This document shows positions 34,997 to 45,236 of a stretch of 54,311 bases of DNA, piece by piece (the stretch's first letter is position 1; each line of letters opens with the position of its first letter). This DNA is from an uncultured Gemmatimonadaceae bacterium (GTDB taxonomy: Bacteria; Gemmatimonadota; Gemmatimonadetes; Longimicrobiales; RSA9), in the NCBI GenBank assembly GCA_964384585.1, contig CAYLME010000001.1, positions 1 through 54,311 on the forward strand, read 5' to 3'. Under the pieces are notes generated by a model. It was not told where the DNA came from. It saw nothing but the letters and a program-made list of their open reading frames with translations, and did no database searches. A program made the translations under genes and the position numbers.

Positions 34997-36103
34997 CTAC
35001 TCCGGCCTGGCGACGGTGGATGGATCACCGTCCGATACGTAGCGGCTGCCTTCCCGGTCGAGTCGGTCCAGCAGCCTGGGCAGTTCATCCGCATATACAA
35101 TGAAACGAGGCAGCCGCCGCGGATCGAACTCCGGGTCATACGGGCTGCGGGCGGGACCGCCGGCCACGAGCAGCACCACGTCGTATTCGTAGCTCTGCGT
35201 GCGCCCGCTCTTCGGATCCGTCCAGCTTCCCTGCCACGCAAGCTCGCGCCGCTTCGGCCATTCACCGAGCGGCGGGGCGAAGCTGCGCACGTCGTAACCC
35301 GGCAGCACCGAGTCGATCGCCAGTTCACCGCGCGCGATCTGCTCCTGCACGAATGCGTCCTCGTACTTCGCGAGATTCGCATGCCAGAGCGTGTGGTTAC
35401 ACAGCTCGAACCCCTGCTCCGCCAGGAAGCGCACCTTCGGGAAGCGCCACTCCGACTTCTGCCCTTCGATACCCTTGTCGCCGAAGAACGAGCGGCCGGC
35501 TTCCGCCGCCGACAACATGCAGAAGACCGCACGATTCTCCCAGCCGGCATGCGTCCGTGCGAACTCGAGCAGGATGCCCACGGCCGACTCCGGATCGATC
35601 TCGAGCGTGCCGTCCTCCTGCTCGATGTAGCGGAACTGGCTGGGCGACGCATCGTCGAAGACGAGCACGACCGGCGAGAGGCCACGCGGCAGGTCCAGGT
35701 TGCGGTCGGCCACGTCGCGCAGGTCGACCGGGCGATAGCCGCGTTCGTACAGCATTTCCAGATGCGACCGCAGCGCCTGGGGTGTGACCGTCCACTGCGA
35801 CGGCTCCGGCCCGATCAGGTGATACTCCAGGATCGGGATGCGGCCCAGCTCGTTCGGTGTTCGGTGCGCATGCGCAGCGTCCGCTTCGTGCGTTGCATGC
35901 GACGCCTGCACGGCGGCACTGCCGAGCGACGCATCCGCGCCGGATACGGAATCCGCACGCACGGCATCCGTACTGTCGGCAGCGACATCTGTCGCTGCCG
36001 GCGTGGTCGGCTCAGGAACGTCCTGCGCGCGGGAATCACTGCTGCTGCATGCGGGCAGCGCGAACGTCACGGCCGTGAAGAGAAATGCGAAGGTGCTGCG
36101 CAT
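34997..36103 (-). CDS. polysaccharide deacetylase (NodB-homology) lipoprotein
   Basis: MRSTFAFLFTAVTFALPAC contains a lipobox. The motifs ILEYHLIG, VLVFDDASPSQF and CNHTLWH fit the NodB pattern. The stop lies 3 nt before the ndh start. Confidence 0.7.
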   Translation of the reverse strand: MRSTFAFLFTAVTFALPACSSSDSRAQDVPEPTTPAATDVAADSTDAVRADSVSGADASLGSAAVQASHATHEADAAHAHRTPNELGRIPILEYHLIGPEPSQWTVTPQALRSHLEMLYERGYRPVDLRDVADRNLDLPRGLSPVVLVFDDASPSQFRYIEQEDGTLEIDPESAVGILLEFARTHAGWENRAVFCMLSAAEAGRSFFGDKGIEGQKSEWRFPKVRFLAEQGFELCNHTLWHANLAKYEDAFVQEQIARGELAIDSVLPGYDVRSFAPPLGEWPKRRELAWQGSWTDPKSGRTQSYEYDVVLLVAGGPARSPYDPEFDPRRLPRFIVYADELPRLLDRLDREGSRYVSDGDPSTVARPE

Positions 36104-36243
36104 GATCCGGTGTCGCGAATCGAGTGTTCCAGTGCCTGCATCCAAGTTCGCGGAGCGCAGCGCTGATGGGAACCGGTACGCAGAACGGCCGGGGCGGAAG
36201 CACCACCCCGGCCGTTCCCGCCTGGTGAACGCGTCGCCCCCGC

Positions 36244-36741
36244 TCAGCGGGTACGACCCACGGTCGCGTCCTTGTTCACCCGACTTTCCGCAAGCTGCGT
36301 GAGCCGCTTGTCGGTGTTGCCTTCCTCATCCAGCGTGCGCTGCAACAGCTCGGCATGGTTCTTCAGGCCGAGCTCGTCTGCATACGTGCGCAGTGAGCCG
36401 TACGCAGCGATCTCGTAGTGCTCCACCCGCTGCGCCGATGAGATCATGGCCGCATCCTTCACGTCAGGATCGCCCTCCTGCTTCATGATCTCTTCGCCCT
36501 CCTCGATCAACCCCTTCATCCCCTTGCACGTCTTCCCGCTGGGCGACTCGCCCAGGTTGTCGAAGATCGTCTCCAGACGACGCACCTGCTCCTTCGTCGT
36601 CGTCAGGTGTTCCTCGAACGCCGTACGCAACCGATCGTTCGTCGCGTTCTTTGCCATCTTCGGCAGTGCCTTCTCCAACTGCTTCTCCGCGTCGTATACG
36701 TCGCGCAGCTCCTCGAGATACAACTTCTGCATGGATTCCAT
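36244..36741 (-). CDS. ferritin-like DUF892 (YciE/YciF-type) stress protein
   Basis: An AGGAG RBS lies 5 nt before the ATG at 36741. The sequence reads MESMQKLYLEELRDVYDAEKQLEKALPKMAK...EQVRRLETIFD...EHYEIAAYGSLRTYA. Confidence 0.8.
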   Translation of the reverse strand: MESMQKLYLEELRDVYDAEKQLEKALPKMAKNATNDRLRTAFEEHLTTTKEQVRRLETIFDNLGESPSGKTCKGMKGLIEEGEEIMKQEGDPDVKDAAMISSAQRVEHYEIAAYGSLRTYADELGLKNHAELLQRTLDEEGNTDKRLTQLAESRVNKDATVGRTR

Positions 36742-36894
36742 GGCGACTCCTCTGTGTGCTGGTTGCTGCAGCTCCTCACACGCCGGAAGTGCAAGGGGAG
36801 TGCCCATCCCGGAAGGACCTGGTTCGGTAGAAGCAAAAAGAGGCGCCGCGCTGGACGCGCGACGCCTCCGCTGCAATCCGCAGATGCCGAAGGG

Positions 36895-38031
36895 TCAGGG
36901 CGACGGCAGCGCGAGCGTCTGGCCGGCCACGATACGCGCCCCGGCAAGCCCGTTCACACTCTTCAGCTCGTCCACACTGATGCCGTGCCGACGCGCGATG
37001 TCCCAGAGCGTATCGCCCGGGCGGACGCGGTACTGCACGGTCGTCGGCGCGACAGCCGTCTCGGCCGGCGTTTCGACCACCTCGTCGCTCGAAGCCAGCG
37101 CCACGACCGCAACCGCTGCGTCGGCTGCCTCCGAGGCCGCGGGAGCCGGCATCGCGGCAGCCAGATTAAGCTTCTGGCCCGCCATGATCCTGCCGCTCGA
37201 GAGCTTGTTGGCCTCCTTGAGCGCGTCAACGCTCACACCGAAGCGCCGGGCAATGCCCCAGAGCGTATCGCCGCGCCGCACCTCGTACGTTTCGACGATT
37301 TCCTCACTGGCGAGCGTCTCGCCCGCAGCTGCTCCCTCCGCCGGGCCGGACGGCACGTCCGCCGTGGCCGTACTCGCAAGGATGACCGGCGCGGGCTCCT
37401 TCGCGGCGGGAGTCTCCGCGCTCGCGAGGCGCGTTGCGGCGCGACTGTTGAGGCCAGCGACGTAGTTGTCGTAGGGGTTCGGGAACACGGCAATGTGATA
37501 GTGCGGTGGGTAACGCTCGCGCGTGGCGTCGAGCACGCCCTGCTTTTCCAGCGAGAGGAGCGTGGACTCGAGCCACTTGCGGCAGGCGGCCCGCTGGCTG
37601 ATGCGGAGGTCCACGGCCATGCCTGCGGGGTGGACTGACAGATCCGACGCGTTGCGCGGCTGCTTGGCTTCCGGCCGGGTCAGGCTGGTCACGACCAGCC
37701 GCTCACCGCAGGCGGCGTGGTACTGGGCTGCCAGTCTTTCGACGAAGAGCTTGACGGCGGGCCGGGCGTACGGATAGGAGACGCGTGCGAGTTCGTAATC
37801 GGTGTTTCCAGACAGGCGCACGAGCAGGCCCAGATCGACGAAGCGGTTCACCTGCGAGGAGGTGCGCATGAAGCTGTAGTCGTGATCGCGGGCGATCCGG
37901 TTCTGCGACTGCATCGACGAGCGCGACCCGCGCAGCGACTGTGCGGATGCGGACGCGGAGAGCGTGAGCAGCAGGATGCTCACTACAGCGGCAGTGGCTC
38001 GTACCATGACTCGAACTGTGTGAAAATGCAT
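36895..38031 (-). CDS. secreted LAS/M15-type zinc peptidase domain plus two LysM domains (peptidoglycan hydrolase)
   Basis: A signal peptide is present. SVHPAGMAVDL followed later by PPHYHIAV gives the SxHxxGxAxD...HxH zinc site. There are two LysM repeats (YEVRRGDTLWGIARRFGVSVDALKEANKL and YRVRPGDTLWDIARRHGISVDELKSVNGL). An alternative start exists at 38007. Confidence 0.7.
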   Translation of the reverse strand: MHFHTVRVMVRATAAVVSILLLTLSASASAQSLRGSRSSMQSQNRIARDHDYSFMRTSSQVNRFVDLGLLVRLSGNTDYELARVSYPYARPAVKLFVERLAAQYHAACGERLVVTSLTRPEAKQPRNASDLSVHPAGMAVDLRISQRAACRKWLESTLLSLEKQGVLDATRERYPPHYHIAVFPNPYDNYVAGLNSRAATRLASAETPAAKEPAPVILASTATADVPSGPAEGAAAGETLASEEIVETYEVRRGDTLWGIARRFGVSVDALKEANKLSSGRIMAGQKLNLAAAMPAPAASEAADAAVAVVALASSDEVVETPAETAVAPTTVQYRVRPGDTLWDIARRHGISVDELKSVNGLAGARIVAGQTLALPSP

Positions 38032-38219
38032 GCGGGACACTGCCTTCTTGGGGCAGTGTCCGTCGAAACGGCGTCGAGGCAGGGGGAACCGCCCCGGAAG
38101 GCGCCGCGTGCACGGAACGCGGCCGTCCTGTGCCATAGATAATGTTAAGTCTTCATCCTGTCCAGAGTTGCGGCCTCGGCACGTAGCCGCGTTCCGCCGG
38201 TACCGCTAAGCTGTCGGCA

Positions 38220-39578
38220 ATGTCGAATGACACACCGGGACCCGGCAACAAGCTCCGTTTCGCGCTGCGCGCGCTCCAGCATCGCAACTTCCGCCTCTTC
38301 ACGGCAGGCCAATCCATCTCGGTGATCGGGACCTGGATGCAGCAGGTCGCGGTCAGCTGGCTCGTCTACCGCATGACGGGCAGCGCGTTCTACCTCGGGC
38401 TGGTCAGCTTCCTCGGCCAGGCGCCGGCCTTCGTGCTGGCACCGCTCGCAGGTGCGGTAGCCGACCGCGTGAACCGCCATCGCATGGTAATCGTCACGCA
38501 GTCGGCGGGGATGCTGCAGGCGACGCTCCTCGCCGTGCTCGTCCTGTCCGGCAACGTGGAGATGTGGCACATCCTGCTGTTGATGACGCTGCTCGGCTCG
38601 ATCATCGGGTTCGATACGCCCAGCCGGCAGGCATTTCTGCTGGAGATGGTAGGTGAGCGTGCCGACCTGCCGAACGCGATTGCGTTGAACTCGTCGATCT
38701 TCAACCTCGCGCGGCTGGTCGGCCCCGCGATTGCCGGTGTCGCCATTGCGGCCATCGGCGAAGGCTCGGTCATCGCGATCAATGCGGCGAGCTACATCGC
38801 CGTACTCGCGTCGCTGCTCCTGATGCGACTGCCGCCCAGGACGCGCGTGCGCGCGTCGGCCAGCGTGCTCAGCCACATCCGGGAAGGCTTCACCTACGCA
38901 TTCGGCTTTGCACCGATCCGCTCGATCCTTCTGCTCGTAGCGACGATCAGCGTGGTGGCGGTCCCGTTCACGGTGCTGCTGCCCGTGGTCGCGACGGACG
39001 TCCTGGGCGGTGGAGCCGAGACACTGGGTTTCCTCATGGCCGCCACCGGCCTCGGCGCGTTCTCCGGCGCGATCGTTCTCGCCCTGCGCAGTACGGTGAC
39101 CGGGCTGGGACTCGTGATCGTGCGCGCGGCCACCGTCTTCGGCGTTGCACTGATCGGGGTCGGCGCGTCGCGCTCGCTGCCGCTCACCCTGCTGGCGCTG
39201 ATGTTCGCGGGGTTCGGCATGATGATGCAGATGGCATCGAGCAACACGGTGCTGCAAACGCTCGTCGACGACGACAAGCGCGGCCGCGTCATGAGCCTCT
39301 ACAGCATGGCGTTCCTCGGGATGACACCCATCGGCAGCCTCCTCGCGGGCATGCTCGCCACCCGCGTCGGTGCGCCACTGACCATCGCGATCGGTGGCGG
39401 CTGCGCCATCCTTGCCGCGGTCGCGTTCCGGTTGCGCCTGCCGGCCCTGCGTGAGCAGGTACAGCCGATCTACCGGCGGCTCGGGATCCTGCCGGAGGTC
39501 GCGCGCGGCCTGCAGGCGGCCACGCACAGCACCACCCCAGGGGTCGAGGAGGACGAGCCCACCGAAAGAACCGCCTGA
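38220..39578 (+). CDS. MFS transporter (MFS_3/EntS-like)
   Basis: There are 12 predicted TM segments. The sequence reads FRLFTAGQSISVIGTWMQQVAVSWLVY...LAGAVADRVNRHRM. Confidence 0.8.
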   Translation: MSNDTPGPGNKLRFALRALQHRNFRLFTAGQSISVIGTWMQQVAVSWLVYRMTGSAFYLGLVSFLGQAPAFVLAPLAGAVADRVNRHRMVIVTQSAGMLQATLLAVLVLSGNVEMWHILLLMTLLGSIIGFDTPSRQAFLLEMVGERADLPNAIALNSSIFNLARLVGPAIAGVAIAAIGEGSVIAINAASYIAVLASLLLMRLPPRTRVRASASVLSHIREGFTYAFGFAPIRSILLLVATISVVAVPFTVLLPVVATDVLGGGAETLGFLMAATGLGAFSGAIVLALRSTVTGLGLVIVRAATVFGVALIGVGASRSLPLTLLALMFAGFGMMMQMASSNTVLQTLVDDDKRGRVMSLYSMAFLGMTPIGSLLAGMLATRVGAPLTIAIGGGCAILAAVAFRLRLPALREQVQPIYRRLGILPEVARGLQAATHSTTPGVEEDEPTERTA

Positions 39579-39789
39579 GGCGCCGCCGTGTGAAAGGATG
39601 TCCCACCCGGGACTGCGCTGCACCGGTCTGCGAGCAGCGAAAACGGGTTGTGCGGGGCAGCTTTCGCGTCTATGCTCAGATGCTGCCGCGGAACAGCGGA
39701 ACCTGTCGCTGCTGCGCGGTTATCCTTCATGCCGCACCTGAGCTTTCAAGGATCGCGGACGTATGAATTTTCCCTGAGGAGGCTGGACC

Positions 39790-41076
39790 ATGGCACGGTT
39801 CCGCGGGCTATTCCTGTCAGCCCTCGTGCTGCTGCTGCTGCCGGCGGCTGCGTCGGCGCAGGATGACAACAAGCACACCAGAGAGGCCACGAAGCACATC
39901 GGCCTGGCCATGACGCGCCAGGACGATGCCGAGCGCGCCGGTATGTATCGCCAGGCCCTGACGGCGCTCGAGCAGGGCATGGCCGAGGATCCGCAGAATG
40001 CGAGGACGTGGTTCCTGGCCGGTGGCGTGTACGCGGCACTCGGTCAGTTCCGCGAGGCGGATGCTGCCTTCGACAAGGCCGTCGAGCTCCACCCGGCGTA
40101 TGAGGCCGAGATGGCGGCCGAGCGCGAGCAGGCGTGGATCTTCGCGTTCAATGCCGGTGTCGCCGCGATGGACCAGGGTGACAATGCCGGTGCGATCGCG
40201 GCGCTCGAGGGCGCGAACGAACTGTATTCCGATCGTCCGGAGGCGTACCTCAACCTGGGCAGCCTCTACGCCAACAGCGGTGAGACGGCAAAGGCCGTGG
40301 ATGCACTGCAGAAGGCGTATGCGATCGTCACCGGTCCGATGCTCGAGCAGCTGAACGAGGAGACGAAGGCGCAGTGGGCCGGCTTCGCAGAGATGGCGAA
40401 GATGAACATTGCGCAGCTGAGCGGGCAGGCGGGGATCGAGGCGTTCCAGGAGCAGAATTACGCGCAGGCCGCCGAGATGTTCAAGGCCGCGGCCGAGCAG
40501 AACCCGCATTCGCGCGACTTCCGCTACAACTACGTGCAGGCCATGTTCGCGCAGACGCAGGACCTCGAGGAGCAGCTGGACAGCGCGCGCGCGAAGAACC
40601 AGGCCAGTGAGGTGACGCGCCTCGAGAACGAGCTGCGCCCGCTCTACCCGCAGGTGATCGCGGGCGTCACGGACGTACAGCAGACGGATCCCAACAACGA
40701 GATGCTGTACATCATCGCTGCGCGCGCACATCGCATGAACGGCCTGCTCGCGAGTGATGAAGCAACGCAGACTGCTGGCCAGCAGAAGGCACTCGAGATG
40801 CTCACCAAGCGTGAGGCACTCGATGTCTTCATCGACCAGCTCTCGATCCGCAGCGAGGACGCGGGCGCGGTCGTGACGGGCGAGATGACGAGCGCCGGTG
40901 CCGCCGAGGGTGCACCGATCGTGATCCACATGACGCTGCTCGGTATGGACGGAACGGTCGTCGGCGAAGGCGACATCACGGTGACTGCGCCGGCCGAGGA
41001 AACGATCGTGGAGTTCCAGGGCACGATTCCGACGACTGGCGACATCGCCGGCTGGAAGTACTCGGTCCGCGGCTGA
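39790..41076 (+). CDS. secreted TPR-repeat protein
   Basis: The RBS is GAGGAGG and the signal peptide is MARFRGLFLSALVLLLLPAAASA. There are multiple TPR-like repeats (ARTWFLAGGVYAALGQFREADAAFDKAVELHP, AYLNLGSLYANSGETAKAVDALQKA). Confidence 0.7.
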   Translation: MARFRGLFLSALVLLLLPAAASAQDDNKHTREATKHIGLAMTRQDDAERAGMYRQALTALEQGMAEDPQNARTWFLAGGVYAALGQFREADAAFDKAVELHPAYEAEMAAEREQAWIFAFNAGVAAMDQGDNAGAIAALEGANELYSDRPEAYLNLGSLYANSGETAKAVDALQKAYAIVTGPMLEQLNEETKAQWAGFAEMAKMNIAQLSGQAGIEAFQEQNYAQAAEMFKAAAEQNPHSRDFRYNYVQAMFAQTQDLEEQLDSARAKNQASEVTRLENELRPLYPQVIAGVTDVQQTDPNNEMLYIIAARAHRMNGLLASDEATQTAGQQKALEMLTKREALDVFIDQLSIRSEDAGAVVTGEMTSAGAAEGAPIVIHMTLLGMDGTVVGEGDITVTAPAEETIVEFQGTIPTTGDIAGWKYSVRG

Positions 41077-41099
41077 GCCGATCTGCTGGTGAAATGACG

Positions 41100-41140
41100 G
41101 AGGCCCGCTCGCACTTGTGCGAGCGGGCCTCTCGTTTATC
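41100..41140. terminator. strong hairpin terminator between the convergent TPR and OMP genes
   Basis: A perfect 14-bp stem forms between GAGGCCCGCTCGCA (41100-41113) and TGCGAGCGGGCCTC (41118-41131), with loop CTTG, followed by TCGTTTATC. Confidence 0.7.
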
Positions 41141-41179
41141 GCTGTCCGACTCCGCGTGCTCCGTGGTTGCAGAATGGCC

Positions 41180-41791
41180 TCAGAAGAGGCCGAACTTCAG
41201 GCCGAGCATGCCGAATGCGTCGTGGCGACCGAAGGAGTCGTTCCCTTCGTTCGAGATGAAATCGGTCACTTCGACGACGAGCCCGACCGGCCCGAGCGAG
41301 ATGTCGGCACCAACGCCGATGTGCAGCGCGAAATCGCTCTGATCGGATGGGAACGCGTCGCGTGCGCCGTCCGTCTCCCAGCTGTAATCGGTCCGCTTCA
41401 GGCCTGCGCCCGCCAGGAGGTACGGCTGCACGACGATCAGCCTCGGCAGCGGACGCAGCACCACGTCCGCTGCGATCGCGAGCACACTGCCCTCGCCGAT
41501 CTCGCCCGCGAGGGTCGGGTCACCGATGTCCTCGACGTTCACGGTCGCACCCGATGCGTACGCCAGGCTGCCGCGCAGCCATCCCAGCTCCACGTTCAGC
41601 CCCAGGCCGAGCGCGGCCTCCTTGTCCATCGTCACATCCTGTGCGCCCTGCTGCAGATCGTGCACGTCGTTGCCGGGGATGTACCCCCCGATCAGCGGCG
41701 TAACAGTCAGCCGTCCCTGCGCCTGCGCTGGTGCGGCCAGCGCCAGCGCGAGCAGCGGGATCGCAAACAGTGGTGCATGACGAATCCGCAT
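41180..41791 (-). CDS. small outer-membrane beta-barrel protein
   Basis: A GGGAGG RBS precedes the ATG at 41791. The signal peptide is MRIRHAPLFAIPLLALALAAPAQA. Beta-strand sequences alternate, and the C-terminus ends in GLKFGLF (terminal Phe). Confidence 0.7.
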   Translation of the reverse strand: MRIRHAPLFAIPLLALALAAPAQAQGRLTVTPLIGGYIPGNDVHDLQQGAQDVTMDKEAALGLGLNVELGWLRGSLAYASGATVNVEDIGDPTLAGEIGEGSVLAIAADVVLRPLPRLIVVQPYLLAGAGLKRTDYSWETDGARDAFPSDQSDFALHIGVGADISLGPVGLVVEVTDFISNEGNDSFGRHDAFGMLGLKFGLF

Positions 41792-41965
41792 AGATCCTCC
41801 CTTCCAGGTAGCGCGCCTCACCCGGAGACGCCTGCCGGGGTACATCCCGGAGGCAGACCGTGTTCCGCCGCCTTGTGCCTGACGTGGCATTGCGGATAAC
41901 CTGATCCCGTGGCTACCGCACGGCCGAATATCCCTCTCACCCGGTCTGCCATGTACGTTTTCGCC

Positions 41966-43225
41966 ATGCGACGTCCCCGCTTCGTGTGCATCCTCGCCGC
42001 GTGCCTGCCGGCCGCAGCATGCGAAACCGAATCCTTCGAGACGCCTGCCGCACTGCAGGAGCCGGTCATGCTGCCATCGCCGGCCGGACCCGGAAGCGCA
42101 GAGCTGAGTCTCAGCACGAGCGCCGATGGGAAGGTGCTGCTGTCGTGGATCGAGCCGTCGGAAAACGGACACTCACTGCGCTTTTCCGTGCTCGAAGCGG
42201 ACGCGTGGTCAGAGCCACGCACCATCGCCAGCGGCACGGACTGGTTCGTCAACTGGGCTGACTTCCCGTCGCTGATCCAGCTTTCCGACAGCACGCTCGT
42301 CGCGCACTGGCTGCAGCGGAACGGCGATGGGACGTACGCATACGGCGTTCGCATCGCCCGCTCGCATGACGGTGGCATGACGTGGGGCGCTGCCGTGACG
42401 CCGCACGACGACAGTCCGGCGGAGCACGGGTTCGTAACGCTCTACGATGCGGGCGCGGGGGATGTCGGTGCGGTCTGGCTCGACGGACGCAACTACGCCG
42501 AAGGCGTGGAGGTCATGACCCTGCGGCATGCGACGATCGCGCCGGACGGCACGCTCGACGATGAGCACGAGATCGACGCCCGTGTCTGCGATTGCTGCCA
42601 GACCGCAATCGCGCAGAGCGAGGGCCGGCTGGTCGTGTTCTATCGCGACCGATCCGAGCAGGAACTGCGCGACATCAGCATGGTTGCCCGTGAGAACGAG
42701 GGCTGGAGCGCGCCCGCAACGCTGCACGCGGACAACTGGCAGATCGATGCATGCCCGGTAAACGGGCCGCAGGCCGATGCGCGCGGCAGCCATGTCGTGA
42801 TCGCCTGGTTCACAGCGCCCGATGATGATCCGCGCGTCAATGTCGCGTTCTCGAGTGATGCAGGGCGCACGTTTGGCCCACCCGTACGCGTGGATGACGG
42901 GGCGCCTGCCGGCCGCGTGGATGTGTTGCTCGGTGCGGATGGCAGTGCGATCGTGAGCTGGCTGGAGCGCGTGGACGGCACAGCGGAAGTGCGTCTGCGC
43001 CGTGTCTCACCGGAAGGTCGCATGGCGCCCCCGCTGACCGTGACGCGCACGGGCGCTGACCGCGCGACCGGCTTCCCGCGCATGGCACTCTCGGATTCCG
43101 CTGTCGTGCTGGCATGGACCGCGACCGAGCCGACGGATGCCGGTGCGGCCGCGGGCTCGGACCGGCCCGCATCGACCGTCCGGACCGCGCAGGTCACCCT
43201 GCCGCCGCCCGACGGAGACATTTAA
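41966..43225 (+). CDS. BNR/sialidase-fold (exo-alpha-sialidase-like) lipoprotein
   Basis: BNR motifs are present (ARSHDGGMTWG, FSSDAGRTFG) and the lipobox is LPAAAC. Alternative starts exist at 41951 and 41909. Confidence 0.65.
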   Translation: MRRPRFVCILAACLPAAACETESFETPAALQEPVMLPSPAGPGSAELSLSTSADGKVLLSWIEPSENGHSLRFSVLEADAWSEPRTIASGTDWFVNWADFPSLIQLSDSTLVAHWLQRNGDGTYAYGVRIARSHDGGMTWGAAVTPHDDSPAEHGFVTLYDAGAGDVGAVWLDGRNYAEGVEVMTLRHATIAPDGTLDDEHEIDARVCDCCQTAIAQSEGRLVVFYRDRSEQELRDISMVARENEGWSAPATLHADNWQIDACPVNGPQADARGSHVVIAWFTAPDDDPRVNVAFSSDAGRTFGPPVRVDDGAPAGRVDVLLGADGSAIVSWLERVDGTAEVRLRRVSPEGRMAPPLTVTRTGADRATGFPRMALSDSAVVLAWTATEPTDAGAAAGSDRPASTVRTAQVTLPPPDGDI

Positions 43226-43298
43226 CGAAGCCCCCCGATACAGCGTCTGTCTTTCAGGGCCGCGAAGAACGCGGTGCTCGACTCACTGGAGGATCGAC

Positions 43299-43892
43299 AT
43301 GAGAAGGTACGTACTCGCACTCGCACTCGCACTGACACTGATGCCCGGCATCGCCCTCGCCCAACAGCAGCAGGGCCCGCCCGGAGCCCGGATGGCCGCG
43401 GGCGGTGGATCAGCCGCTGTCATGCTGGAGCACCGCGACGCACTCCAGCTGACCGCCGAGCAGGTCGCGAAGCTCGAAGCGATCCGTGCGCAGCAGCAGG
43501 AGCGGACAGCGTCCATGCGTGCACGCATGGAGCAGCGGGCCGACCGGCCGCAGCTCACCCCGGAGCAGCGCGAAGCGCGGCGCGCGGAAATGCAGCAGCT
43601 GACGCCCGAGCAGCGGGCGGCGCGACGCGCCGAGATGCAGCAGCAGCGCGCACAGAAGACACCCGAACAGCGTGAAGCACGACGTGCAGAGATGGACGCG
43701 ATGCGCGAACAGACACGCGCTTCCGCGGACGCAGCGCGTGCCGTACTGACGGAAGAGCAGCACACGAAGCTGCAGGAGCTGTTGCAGGCGCGGCATGATC
43801 AGCGGATGCGCGAACGCCCTGCACGCCGTGGTGATCGACCCATGGATGGGCAGGGCCGACGCGGCCCGCGCTCACCGCGTGGACCGCGGTAG
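43299..43892 (+). CDS. periplasmic Spy/CpxP-family (LTxxQ) protein with internal repeats
   Basis: A GGAGG RBS and a signal peptide (MRRYVLALALALTLMPGIALA) are present. LTxxQ motifs occur as LTAEQ, LTPEQ (twice) and LTEEQ. There are three TPEQR(E/A)ARRAEM repeats. Confidence 0.7.
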   Translation: MRRYVLALALALTLMPGIALAQQQQGPPGARMAAGGGSAAVMLEHRDALQLTAEQVAKLEAIRAQQQERTASMRARMEQRADRPQLTPEQREARRAEMQQLTPEQRAARRAEMQQQRAQKTPEQREARRAEMDAMREQTRASADAARAVLTEEQHTKLQELLQARHDQRMRERPARRGDRPMDGQGRRGPRSPRGPR

Positions 43893-43966
43893 TGGATCCG
43901 GGACCGACACATCGCGTGTGGAGCCGCGTGAGATCGCGACGTTCCTGATCCGACAGCAGCACGCAG

Positions 43967-44009
43967 AGAGCCCCGTCCTCCAGTGACCGGAGGACGGGGC
44001 TCTGTGTTT
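43967..44009. terminator. bidirectional hairpin terminator between the convergent LTxxQ gene and the efflux operon
   Basis: A perfect 15-bp stem forms between AGAGCCCCGTCCTCC (43967-43981) and GGAGGACGGGGCTCT (43989-44003), followed by GTGTTTCC. Confidence 0.7.
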
Positions 44010-44021
44010 CCTGCACTCTGA

Positions 44022-45230
44022 CTATTCGTACCGCAGCGCGATGATCGGATCGAGACGTGCGGCACGACGAGCCGGCCAGATGCCGAAGAACACACCGACC
44101 GCACCCGCGAATGCGAATGCCAGGATCACGGCAGCCGGCGCAACGGAAACGTTCCAGGACAGGAGCGACTCCGTCATGCGTGCCGCACCGACGCCGAGCG
44201 CGATCCCGAGTGCACCGCCCGCCAGACAGAGCACGAGCGCCTCGACGAGGAACTGGAGCATGATGTCGCGACGGCGCGCACCGAGCGCCTTGCGTACGCC
44301 GATCTCTCTGGTTCGCTCGGTCACGGACACGAGCATGATGTTCATGATGCCGATCCCGCCAACGAGCAGCGAGATGGCGGCGATACCGGCGAGCAGCATC
44401 GTGAACGTCTGTGTCGCTTCGCTGAGCGTGGACAGCAGCGTTGTCTGGTTGCGTACCGTGAAGTCGCTCGGCTGGCCGGGCTGAAGTCTGTGTTCGCGAC
44501 GCAGCTTGGTGTCGATCTCGGCGACAGCCGCATCCATCGCGGACTCGCTGGTTGCCTGCACGAGGATGCTGCTCACGCGCTCGTCGCCGAACAGCCGGAA
44601 CTGCGCCGTGGAGAGTGGCACATAGATCGTCTCGTCCGGGTTCATCCAGCCCTGCTCGCCCTTCTCGGCGAGGATGCCGACGACCTCGAACGGGATGCCA
44701 CGGATGCGGATGGTGCGGCCGAGCAGCGCATCGGTGGCGATGTTGAGCCGCTCACCGACACGCGCGCCCAGCACCGCCACGCGACGCCGCCCGCGCTCCT
44801 CGCCGACGGAGAACAGACGACCGCGCGCGAGGGCGTGATTCTGGATCTCGAAGTACGCCGGCCAGATGCCGAGCACGGTGTTGCTGGCGTTCGCACCCTC
44901 GAACGAGATCTGCTGGCGGCGCTGCATCTCCGGCGAAACCTGCCGGATGTTGCGGGGCTCCGTGACCAGCGCGGTCGCGTCGCCCTGCGTCATGCGGTTC
45001 TCGCCGCGATCGATGCCGCCGAACATCTGCTGGCCCGGTCGCACCGTCAGCACGTTCGCACCGAGCGATGCCAGCTGGCCCTCCACCTGCTGTTGTGCGC
45101 CTTCACCGAGCGCGACCATCGTGATCACCGCTGCAATGCCGATGATCACGCCGAGCATGGTCAGGAATGACCGCATCTTGTTCGCGCGAATCGCAGAGAG
45201 TGCGACTCCGATCGTCTCACCGATGAGCAT
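44022..45230 (-). CDS. ABC transporter permease, MacB/FtsX type
   Basis: The architecture is TM1, a large periplasmic domain, then the FtsX TM bundle. Motifs include LRANKMRSFLTMLGVIIGIAAV, TREIGVRKALGARRRDI and the C-terminal PIIALRYE. Confidence 0.85.
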   Translation of the reverse strand: MLIGETIGVALSAIRANKMRSFLTMLGVIIGIAAVITMVALGEGAQQQVEGQLASLGANVLTVRPGQQMFGGIDRGENRMTQGDATALVTEPRNIRQVSPEMQRRQQISFEGANASNTVLGIWPAYFEIQNHALARGRLFSVGEERGRRRVAVLGARVGERLNIATDALLGRTIRIRGIPFEVVGILAEKGEQGWMNPDETIYVPLSTAQFRLFGDERVSSILVQATSESAMDAAVAEIDTKLRREHRLQPGQPSDFTVRNQTTLLSTLSEATQTFTMLLAGIAAISLLVGGIGIMNIMLVSVTERTREIGVRKALGARRRDIMLQFLVEALVLCLAGGALGIALGVGAARMTESLLSWNVSVAPAAVILAFAFAGAVGVFFGIWPARRAARLDPIIALRYE

Positions 45231-45236
45231 GGTCGC

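Noticed and set aside
38145-39623. A 492-aa minus-strand ORF antisense to the MFS transporter. Similar cases are 15317-16894 (antisense to rmuC), 39817-40929 (antisense to the TPR gene), 25754-26659, 26298-27569, 12874-14046, 14131-15480 and 51009-52328.
   Set aside because: All are Arg/Gly/His/Asp-rich low-complexity translations opposite or out of frame to genes with clear family motifs. I treat them as GC-driven artefacts.
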